Shown here piece by piece: positions 17,818 through 24,000 of a stretch of DNA of 24,000 bases (position 1 is its first letter; each line of letters starts with the position of its first letter). The notes under the pieces are model-generated. The model was not told where the DNA came from, made no database searches, and saw only the letters and a program-made list of their open reading frames with translations. Both the position numbers and the translations under genes were made by a program. The stretch is from the NCBI RefSeq assembly GCF_038022665.1, contig NZ_CP150629.1, forward strand, positions 826,480 to 850,479, written 5' to 3'. This stretch comes from Methanolobus sp. WCC4. Its GTDB lineage: Archaea > Halobacteriota > Methanosarcinia > Methanosarcinales > Methanosarcinaceae.

Positions 17818-18380
17818 CAACGGAATCCCGTTCATTCAATAATGACGTACATTGCGGTGACCAGTGTGACTGGTGGATAGAGGATGATATAGTGACCCTG
17901 TGCATGATCGATGGTCTGGGGCATGGGGAACGTGCTGAAGAGGCAGCAAAAGAAGCTCTGGATTACGTATCCTGTCACCTGGACGATTCCCTCGATAGAT
18001 TGTTCTCAGGTTGCAATAAGGCTATCAGGCATACAAGAGGTGCAGCAATGAGCATTGCACGTATCGATCAGAACGATTCCAGCCTTGAATATGCTGGTAT
18101 CGGGAATACCCGTACAATGATGTATGGTGAGAAGTCATCTCATCTCCCTTCAAGCTGGGGTATAGTGGGTGGAGGATATAGGCATCTGCATGTGGAGAGG
18201 AGTGACCTCTCTCCCTATGACCTTGTGATCATGTGGACTGATGGCATCCCCGAGAGTATCAAGCTATCATCGTATGACAGATACCTGCTGCAGGATGAAC
18301 AACAACTGGCAAAGAGGATACTTGAGGACTACGGACGCATGACGGACGACGCGACCATACTTGTGTATGCAAAGGGGTGA
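17808..18380 (+). CDS. rsbX: RsbX-type PP2C/SpoIIE-family phosphatase
   Basis: 'HCGDQCDWW', 'MIDGLGHGERA', 'TRGAAMSIARI', 'AGIGNT', 'MWTDGI' match the short RsbX-like PP2C layout. The ORF opens at GTG 17799. ATG 17808 overlaps the preceding stop region. Confidence 0.82.
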   Translation: MRVATESRSFNNDVHCGDQCDWWIEDDIVTLCMIDGLGHGERAEEAAKEALDYVSCHLDDSLDRLFSGCNKAIRHTRGAAMSIARIDQNDSSLEYAGIGNTRTMMYGEKSSHLPSSWGIVGGGYRHLHVERSDLSPYDLVIMWTDGIPESIKLSSYDRYLLQDEQQLAKRILEDYGRMTDDATILVYAKG

Positions 18381-18464
18381 TCCACTATTAACAAAGCTGA
18401 TTTCAATGAGCGGTATTATGATATCCTGAAGGGCTATGTATCAACCCGTGAAGAGAAATATCTG

Positions 18465-19403
18465 ATGAGGTCAGATGACCTTGGGTACGAACTTGTAAGG
18501 TTCAATGTTCCTCCTGAAGATATCATCGAAATGCACGAAATGGCTGTAAAGAAGCTGGCAACAGATCTTCCTGCAAAGAGCATGATGGAATGTGTGGGTT
18601 TCCTTTCAACTCCTCTTGTAGAGGTCATGATGGCATACGGTCTTGCATTCAGGCAATGGATAGAGGACCTTGAAAAGAGCAAGAGGGAAGTGGAGGAATA
18701 TGCCCGGGAATTGCAGCATTCCAATGACCTCAAAGAGCTCTTTGCAGATATAATGCGTCACGATCTTTTGAATCCTGCTTCCCTTGTCAATGGTTTTGTC
18801 TCGATCCTGCTTGAATGGGAAGATGATGAAAAGAAAAGGTCATTGCTTTCAAATATCAATAAGAGCAACAAGAATCTTATCGATATCATAGAGAAGGCAG
18901 CGGAATTTGCCAAACTGGATTCAGTTGAAGGAATTGAGTTCTCTTCAATGGATATTGGTTCCATTCTCGGGGAAATAGTCGACAGCTTCATGCCAAGATT
19001 CGAGGAAAGCGAGATGACCGTTGCTCTTGATACTGAGGGTTCTTATCTCACAATGGCCAATTCTGTTATCGAGCAGGTCTTCATGAATCTTATTTCCAAT
19101 GCCATCAAGTACAGTCCCCGTGGCAGTCACGTCCATATCACTATACTGGATGAAGGGGATCAATGGAATGTCAATGTGAAGGACCAGGGAAGTGGCATCC
19201 CTGAGAGTGACAGGGAATTTATCTTCACCCGTTTCTCAAGACTTGATAAGGTCAAGAAAGGAAGTATCAAGGGAACAGGTCTCGGACTTGCGATCGTGCA
19301 CAAGGTAGTTACCCTCCACAATGGCAGTGTAGGTGTGGATAGCAATTCTCCCGAAGCTGGCAGTACTTTCTGGGTGAGGCTCAACAAGGTACGTACAACT
19401 TAA
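18465..19403 (+). CDS. histidine kinase with RsbU-N-like (RsbT-docking) N-terminal domain, HisKA and HATPase_c; the true start is probably upstream (about 18387)
   Basis: N-terminus 'VPPEDIIEMHEMAVKKL...LVEVMMAYGLAFRQW' parallels B. subtilis RsbU 'IPPEEIISIHRKVLKEL...LIEVMIGYGMAYQEH' as remembered. H-box 'MRHDLLNPA', N-box 'NLISNAIKYS', G1 'DQGSGI', G2 'GTGLGLAIV'. Coordinates are given from the first ATG. The frame is open back to 18381 (see findings). Confidence 0.85.
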   Translation: MRSDDLGYELVRFNVPPEDIIEMHEMAVKKLATDLPAKSMMECVGFLSTPLVEVMMAYGLAFRQWIEDLEKSKREVEEYARELQHSNDLKELFADIMRHDLLNPASLVNGFVSILLEWEDDEKKRSLLSNINKSNKNLIDIIEKAAEFAKLDSVEGIEFSSMDIGSILGEIVDSFMPRFEESEMTVALDTEGSYLTMANSVIEQVFMNLISNAIKYSPRGSHVHITILDEGDQWNVNVKDQGSGIPESDREFIFTRFSRLDKVKKGSIKGTGLGLAIVHKVVTLHNGSVGVDSNSPEAGSTFWVRLNKVRTT

Positions 19404-19409
19404 TCCACA

Positions 19410-19441
19410 TTTTCATATTTTCTCCTTTTTATTTTATTTTT
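19410..19441 (+). terminator. oligo-T terminator after the histidine kinase gene
   Basis: 'ttttcatattttctcctttttattttattttt' begins 7 nt after the stop. Confidence 0.45.
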
Positions 19442-19482
19442 GGTGTATTCTCTCATTTTTGACAGTTAGCGAATCATTCCAA

Positions 19483-19494
19483 AAGTAATATATG
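19483..19494 (+). promoter_or_regulatory. TATA-like box upstream of mtd
   Basis: 'aagtaatatatg' lies ~38 nt upstream of ATG 19527, which predicts a short 5' UTR. Confidence 0.3.
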
Positions 19495-19526
19495 CTACAC
19501 TGCACATTGCACTACTGTGATTTTAC

Positions 19527-20348
19527 ATGGCAAAGATTGGATTCATAAAGCTAGGTAACTTAGGCATGAGCCAGGTGGTCGACCTCGTACAGGACGAGAT
19601 CGCAGCAAGAGAAGGAATTACCATCCGTTCATTCGGTACAGGTCCTAAAATGGGCAAAGATGAAGCAGCAGCAACAGAAGAACTCAAGAAATTCGATGCT
19701 GACTTCTATGTAATGATCAGCCCAAACTCCAGCGCACCAGGCCCAACCGCAGCTCGTGAGATATACAAGGACGTTCCATGTATCGTTATCTCAGACGGTC
19801 CAACAAAGAAGGAAGACCGTGCAGCACTCGAGGAAGCAGGATTCGGTTACATCATTATGACCGTTGACCCACTCATCGGCGCAAAGACAGAGTTCCTCGA
19901 CCCTGTAGAGATGGCATCATTCAACTCAGACGCAATGAAGGTCCTTTCAACCTGTGGTGTTGTAAGACTTATCCAGGAAGAGCTTGACAAGGTTGCTGCA
20001 ATGGCAGACGAAGGTAAGGAACTTGAGCTTCCACACATCCTCGCAAAGCCAGAGAAGTGCATCGAGAGAGCAGGCTTCAACAACCCATACGCAAAGGCAA
20101 AGGCTCTTGCATCCCTCCACATGGCTGACATGGTCGCAAAGATCAACTTCCCAGCATGTTTCATGATGAAGGACCTCGAGCAGGTAGCACTCACAACAGC
20201 AGCTGGCCACGAAATGATGCGCGCAGCAGCACAGCTCGCAATTGACGCAAGAGAGATCGAGAAAGCAAACGACAGTGTCTTCAGGCAGCCACACTCAAAG
20301 AAGGGCAACCTGATGACCAAGACAGCTCTCTACGACAAGCCACAGTAA
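19527..20348 (+). CDS. mtd: F420-dependent methylenetetrahydromethanopterin dehydrogenase
   Basis: 273 aa. N-terminus 'KIGFIKLGNLG.S' and overall length and composition are characteristic of Mtd. Codon usage looks highly expressed (strong C/G third-position bias, few rare codons). Confidence 0.88.
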   Translation: MAKIGFIKLGNLGMSQVVDLVQDEIAAREGITIRSFGTGPKMGKDEAAATEELKKFDADFYVMISPNSSAPGPTAAREIYKDVPCIVISDGPTKKEDRAALEEAGFGYIIMTVDPLIGAKTEFLDPVEMASFNSDAMKVLSTCGVVRLIQEELDKVAAMADEGKELELPHILAKPEKCIERAGFNNPYAKAKALASLHMADMVAKINFPACFMMKDLEQVALTTAAGHEMMRAAAQLAIDAREIEKANDSVFRQPHSKKGNLMTKTALYDKPQ

Positions 20349-20385
20349 GTACCTCTAAGGTACTTCCTTTTTTCTTTTTCTTCTT
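20347..20385 (+). terminator. mtd terminator (perfect 8-bp hairpin plus T-tract)
   Basis: AAGTACCT-cta-AGGTACTT (20347-20365), followed by 'ccttttttctttttcttctt'. Confidence 0.6.
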
Positions 20386-20565
20386 ATGGATACCCTTTCT
20401 GTATTTCTGATCGCTATCGGTCTCTTTGTACTATTCGTTCTCTTCACTGCTTATTTCCTCAAGAGTTACATCGTTATGAATTCCGCAGACAGTGAGGACA
20501 GGGAAGAAACATCCTCGGAAGATGTGGATCCTTCTGAGTATTCCGAAATGGAAGAAAAGAAGTAA
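20386..20565 (+). CDS. possible small (59 aa) single-pass membrane protein with acidic tail
   Basis: ATG 20386 to TAA 20563-20565 is below the ORF-track cutoff. It encodes 'MDTLSVFLIAIGLFVLFVLFTAYFLKSY' (one clean TM helix) and then 'SEDREETSSEDVDPSEYSEMEEKK'. There is no SD or TATA, and it sits directly after a terminator. Confidence 0.35.
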   Translation: MDTLSVFLIAIGLFVLFVLFTAYFLKSYIVMNSADSEDREETSSEDVDPSEYSEMEEKK

Positions 20566-20577
20566 GATATAAACAAA

Positions 20578-20602
20578 TTAAAAAAGAACCGGGAATCCCG
20601 GT
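20578..20602 (-). terminator. terminator for the PK_C-like gene (also usable from the + strand)
   Basis: Hairpin ACCGGG-aat-CCCGGT (20588-20602), followed on the minus strand by T6 (complement of 20580-20585). Confidence 0.45.
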
Positions 20603-20624
20603 CATGTAATTATGGTATTCTGTT

Positions 20625-21218
20625 TTATTTTGGCTCTTCCTTAGCCCTTGGCATTGCTATGATCTCTCTGACCTGCTGGCTGAAGAAATCAAAGGAATGT
20701 GCAGGTCTGAGGACAACTGACACATCAGCTCCCTGACGGGTTCCACCGATCGCTATGATCTCTGTTTCCGGGGAAACTGGTATGTGACCTGAGTCTGCTG
20801 CCATCATTGCGCACTCGATCGCTACCTTGAATCCCTTGCCGAACACCGCACGCAGTGTGTCAGATATCACATCTGCCCTGCTGGCACCACCAATGCGCTT
20901 CTGGATGGCACGCTCGACACCAGAGAACATGTGGGACTGGGTTGTCATTACAACTCCAAGCTCGTTGAGCTTCTCAAGCTTGTCCTCGTCAACTTCCCAC
21001 TCTCCAGGTTCCTTGAGTCCGTACTGGTGGGTTATTGCAATGATCTTCACGTCCTGACCCTTGAAAGCCTCTGCAGCTATGAGTGCGGTCTCACCGCTTG
21101 TGCTTGCCAGCACCACGTGTTTTATCCCAAGTTCTGCAGCCCTCTTTGCAGATAATTTCATTACTTCTTCTGTGTTTGCCTTTCCGACATCGTCAAAGTA
21201 TGTGATCGTCTTTTCCAT
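20625..21218 (-). CDS. pyruvate-kinase C-terminal (alpha/beta) domain-like protein, function unknown
   Basis: 197 aa. 'HVVLASTSGETA', 'IIAITH', 'IIAIGGT..GADV' resemble stand-alone PK_C-domain proteins common in archaea. This is a family-level call from memory. Confidence 0.6.
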   Translation of the reverse strand: MEKTITYFDDVGKANTEEVMKLSAKRAAELGIKHVVLASTSGETALIAAEAFKGQDVKIIAITHQYGLKEPGEWEVDEDKLEKLNELGVVMTTQSHMFSGVERAIQKRIGGASRADVISDTLRAVFGKGFKVAIECAMMAADSGHIPVSPETEIIAIGGTRQGADVSVVLRPAHSFDFFSQQVREIIAMPRAKEEPK

Positions 21219-21474
21219 GTTATCGCCTGTAGTTCTATGATGAAATATGATTGCTCCATTATGGCATGTGGGTGATGGTATTTTTGTATTGTGGCTTGGG
21301 GTGTTTACAGTTTGAATTATGGCACCTGCACATTAAGTATGGGGATATAGATAACCGTAAATTTTTGTATGTTAGTCTCTTTTGACTTTTATGAAATATC
21401 GGCTCTGTAGAATTCCTCGTTTGAGTGCATAAGTAAAGTGTAGGCAACATGTCTTTTCATTAATTTTTCGGATT

Positions 21475-21627
21475 GTGCCGGCTTCGCCGGAAGCCTCCGG
21501 GATGGTTTTAGTTGTTTATGCTCTTCAATTGGTCAATCTTATCTTTCTTCTGCAACCTTGTGTTTCTTATTCTGCAAATGATTATTTGGAATCAAAGAAC
21601 AGTGCAACCATCCGCCGCAGGCGGCAC
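21475..21627. repeat. imperfect inverted repeat pair (about 22-33 nt arms, ~98-nt spacer) inside a 700-bp non-coding gap
   Basis: Arm A is 21475-21507, 'gtgccggcttcgccgg aagcctccg ggatggtt'. The reverse complement of arm B (21606-21627) is 'gtgccgcctgcggcgg atggtt'. Each arm holds its own 5-bp hairpin (CCGGC-ttc-GCCGG versus CCGCC-gca-GGCGG). Confidence 0.5.
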
Positions 21628-21930
21628 GTTCCTTCGCTGCCATTCTGAAGACAATTGAAATACTGCAGTAATTGAAAATTGCTAAGTTCAAAGCTGGAAT
21701 TAACAGTCTCAACAGAGCGCAGATATTTGTTTTCAGCAGTCTTCTCCCATCTCCAAACTTTCTCTATGTAAACGATCAAAATAACCGGTTTTGCACTATC
21801 AGTATTCTCCTCCACGCACCCCAAAGCACCCTATTCCCAACCGTAAACGATGCTCTTATCAATAAGACGGCAGTTATATTAATATAAGGGAGTTTGGCAA
21901 GTCATAATTCATATTTACTGAGGTGATCGT

Positions 21931-22677
21931 TTGGCTGAAACAGATTATGAAGATAACAATGTAAAGATCATAACTACAGAGATACAATCCGAGAATCCTG
22001 TGTTGATCGAGGGTTTTCCGGGAATCGGTCTGGTGGGTAACATTGCCAGTCAGCAGATAATCGATGAATTGAAGATGGAATATCTCGGTTCCATTGACTC
22101 GAGACACTTTCCTCCAATTGCGGTTCTCTATGAAGGGCTCATAAATATGCCAGTACGCATCTACGAAAGTGTTGAGCATGGAATGGTGATGATCGTATCG
22201 GACATCCCTATCAATCCGGTGGTGGCATACGATATAAGCAAGGCTCTTCTCACATGGGCGAAATCCATCAATGCAAAGGAGGTAGTCTCACTTGCCGGTA
22301 TCGCCACAATGAGCGAGGAGAACAAGGTCTTCGGTGCAGCTACGAATATGGATATGCTGGAAAAGATAAAAGATAAGGTGGAGCTTTTCCAGATGGGAAC
22401 CATCTCCGGTATATCCGGCAGCATAATGGGTGAATGTCTCGTACGCGACATGCCTGCAATAAGTCTTCTCGGTTCCACCATGAGCCAGAACCCTGACCCA
22501 AGGGCGGCGGCAGTTGTGATCGATGTGCTGAACCTTCTCTACGGTTATGGTATCAATACCGAAGGTCTCATTGAGCAGGCTGAGAAGATCGAGGTGGAGA
22601 TGCAGAGGCTCGCCGAGGATGTCAGGACCACTGAACAGCCACAGGGCACAAGGAAAGAGTTCCCGATGTACGGGTGA
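21931..22677 (+). CDS. PAC2-family proteasome assembly chaperone-like protein
   Basis: 248 aa. 'PVLIEGFPGIGLVGNIA' N-terminal motif of archaeal PAC2/COG1938 proteins. TTG start with near-perfect SD 'gaggtgatc' (21920-21928). Confidence 0.8.
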   Translation: MAETDYEDNNVKIITTEIQSENPVLIEGFPGIGLVGNIASQQIIDELKMEYLGSIDSRHFPPIAVLYEGLINMPVRIYESVEHGMVMIVSDIPINPVVAYDISKALLTWAKSINAKEVVSLAGIATMSEENKVFGAATNMDMLEKIKDKVELFQMGTISGISGSIMGECLVRDMPAISLLGSTMSQNPDPRAAAVVIDVLNLLYGYGINTEGLIEQAEKIEVEMQRLAEDVRTTEQPQGTRKEFPMYG

Positions 22678-22681
22678 TAAC

Positions 22682-23071
22682 ATGGAATATGCTGCTTTGA
22701 CAGGAATATCCGAGCGTGTTATCTCAGACCTAAGGCAGAACCGTCTTCTGACAATTGAAATAAGAAGTCCTCATAATTTCCTTGCAGCCCTGCGTTTGAA
22801 TGTGGGTGACATGTTGTTCCTTACCCATACGAGTCCTGAGGATCTTACAGGCGGCAGCATGGGTATCATTGTGAAACTACTCAGGCATCAGGTATCAACC
22901 CATCGTATGATGCAGAGCACCGAGGCATACTATGAAGAACGTGAGACAACAACTCTCAGGTTACAACTTGATCCGAAATGTATTGCAAGGGTGCGTAAAG
23001 TACTGAACAATACAATAGGTGAGGTCACAACGGTGGATGCTGAAGAGATCCCTCTCTACAACGCAAGATAA
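22682..23071 (+). CDS. conserved-looking hypothetical protein (129 aa), probably co-transcribed with the PAC2 gene
   Basis: ATG 22682 lies 4 nt after the PAC2 stop. The longer ORF from 22547 would overlap PAC2 by 131 nt, and its extension is Arg/Ser-rich and of low complexity. No motif recognised. Confidence 0.6.
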   Translation: MEYAALTGISERVISDLRQNRLLTIEIRSPHNFLAALRLNVGDMLFLTHTSPEDLTGGSMGIIVKLLRHQVSTHRMMQSTEAYYEERETTTLRLQLDPKCIARVRKVLNNTIGEVTTVDAEEIPLYNAR

Positions 23072-23079
23072 CCATATTC

Positions 23080-23706
23080 TCAATCGAACGTTCCGGGGAT
23101 GGTATCCAGTCCCCTTTCTATTTTCTCAAGTAGTTCATAGCTGATACCTATGGGTACCTCTTCATTGGCATATCCGCTATGTTTTCTTGACCCCTTGCAT
23201 CCGTAGGATATCCCGATGCCCTCAAGAAGCGGTCTTGCAGTACAATCGCCGCATATGGATGCTGCGCCGATCGACCTTGATGTGATACCCTCTCCGTGGT
23301 GGAATGCATATGCCTGTATTATCTTCATGGCACTTTCAGGTTTGAGATAGAGCAGAAGTACATCGAACTCGCCGCTATTCTTCCCCAGAGGCCCGATTCT
23401 TATGGACCTGTAGTTCTTCTCGATCCTTGGAAGTGAGTTCACAGCCCTTTCTGCAGTTTCCATATCCATGTACCTGTTGGACTTCAGGTAATAGTCTGCA
23501 GGTCCGTTCTCACTGATGCCGAGAATATACTTTCCAGGTCTGCATCTCTGGTCCTCTATCAGGAACTCCTCGCCATGTCTTGCTCTGTGCACAAGTTCGC
23601 AGTACAGCATTTCCGATGTCTCGCCTTCCTCGTCGCAAAGTGTTATGCATACGGGCTCGCCTTCATTCATGAGTGCTTCAATATTGGGGTATCCTGAACT
23701 CATCAT
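23080..23706 (-). CDS. DUF169-family protein
   Basis: 208 aa. Cys-containing pattern 'SICGDCTARPL...GISYGCKGSR' and overall layout are typical of DUF169 (COG2043). The start overlaps the nfi stop (ATGA). Confidence 0.65.
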   Translation of the reverse strand: MMSSGYPNIEALMNEGEPVCITLCDEEGETSEMLYCELVHRARHGEEFLIEDQRCRPGKYILGISENGPADYYLKSNRYMDMETAERAVNSLPRIEKNYRSIRIGPLGKNSGEFDVLLLYLKPESAMKIIQAYAFHHGEGITSRSIGAASICGDCTARPLLEGIGISYGCKGSRKHSGYANEEVPIGISYELLEKIERGLDTIPGTFD

Positions 23707-24000
23707 CTATTCTCCTGATGTTCTATTGTATATTTCTTTGCCTCGGCAGCGTACATGTGTGCAAGTCTTGTAGGTTCCGGAAGTTTCCATCCTTTAAGGC
23801 AGTGCTTCGCAATTTCCAGGCAACTGTCAAGGGACACTTTATGTCCGGGCGCTACAATGATCGGATTGCTGCGTTTGTTGCTTTTCACAAGCCAGCCCAC
23901 CTGTTCTCCTTCATACACGAGCTTTTGGGCATCTCCGACCTCTGCAGGGGTTTCAGAGCTTCCGCAGAGTATCTTCTTCGATACTCCTATTGTGGGTATA
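23703..24000 (-). CDS. nfi: endonuclease V (3' portion; the 5' end lies beyond the window edge)
   Basis: The frame is open to the window edge: 'IPTIGVSKKILCG...GEQVGWLVKSNKRSNPIIVAPGHKVSLDS...KLPEPTRLAH' matches EndoV 'PTIGVAK..L.G', 'P.fVSpGH' and 'PEP.R.AH'. The GTG at 23918 in the ORF track is internal. Confidence 0.85.
   Translation of the reverse strand, partial: IPTIGVSKKILCGSSETPAEVGDAQKLVYEGEQVGWLVKSNKRSNPIIVAPGHKVSLDSCLEIAKHCLKGWKLPEPTRLAHMYAAEAKKYTIEHQENR

Noticed and set aside
18378-18380. In-frame TGA between the phosphatase and the histidine kinase as a selenocysteine codon
   Set aside because: Methanosarcinales are not known to encode the Sec machinery. I see no obvious SECIS-like stem-loop, and a Sec at a domain linker has no functional rationale. 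A non-canonical start or read-through is more plausible and is kept as a finding.
19495-19520. 'cactgcacattgcactactgtg' TGCA-rich segment between the mtd TATA box and the start codon, considered as an operator palindrome
   Set aside because: The symmetry is poor when written out, apart from two TGCA tetranucleotides. There is not enough evidence to call a binding site.
21645-21690. 'attgaaat' and 'attgaaaat' pair, reminiscent of the ends of CRISPR repeats
   Set aside because: There are only two short, degenerate copies ~18 nt apart. There is no regular repeat-spacer periodicity and no cas genes. It is not a CRISPR array.
21259-22179. Short ORFs (63, 80, 71 and 101 aa) in the long intergenic gap, considered as possible genes or transposase remnants
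   Set aside because: No recognisable motifs, no SD or TATA context, and mutually overlapping frames. The 101-aa ORF is antisense to the start of the PAC2 gene. I could not support a pseudogene call.
22547-22681. Upstream extension of the 22682 gene (174-aa version). Equivalent extensions are at 11526-11579 (GGR), 10567-10599 (UbiA) and 3883-3921 (trkH).
   Set aside because: The extensions overlap the preceding gene or a TATA-like promoter element, are of low complexity, and bypass better-placed SD/start pairs. Shorter starts were preferred.

Overview
The window appears to come from a methanogenic archaeon of Methanosarcinales type. The basis is an archaeal 23S/5S rRNA, archaeosine tRNA-guanine transglycosylase, F420-dependent methylene-H4MPT dehydrogenase (Mtd), a PAC2 proteasome chaperone, and Shine-Dalgarno sites of the form GGTGATC. 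It begins with the 3' end of an rRNA operon in the order 23S, tRNA-Cys, 5S. Twenty-four protein genes follow, mostly housekeeping: trkAH, tgtA, serB, mtd and nfi. Three compact accessory modules and one AT-rich islet stand out. (1) Positions 5547-9350 hold a four-gene, overlap-coupled operon. It encodes an EanB-type rhodanese C-S sulfurtransferase, an EgtD/EanA-type histidine N-methyltransferase, a group-II cysteine desulfurase (SufS) and SufE. I read this as the oxygen-independent ergothioneine pathway with its own persulfide supply. (2) Positions 15775-19403 hold a complete bacterial-style stressosome set: PAS-RsbR, RsbS, RsbT, a second RsbT/RsbW-like ATPase and an RsbX-type PP2C. Its apparent output is a histidine kinase carrying an RsbU-N-like docking domain. 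That kinase ORF is in frame with the upstream phosphatase gene across a single TGA and has no canonical start codon. (3) Positions 10567-13886 hold a UbiA prenyltransferase, a geranylgeranyl-reductase homologue and a radical-SAM/twitch enzyme of unknown product. (4) Positions 9351-10566 are a low-GC islet with one orphan gene whose C-terminus has a HEPN-like pattern. A roughly 700-bp non-coding gap (21219-21930) carries an imperfect inverted repeat with compensatory hairpin changes. All functional calls come from reading the translated ORFs against remembered family motifs. No database search was run.
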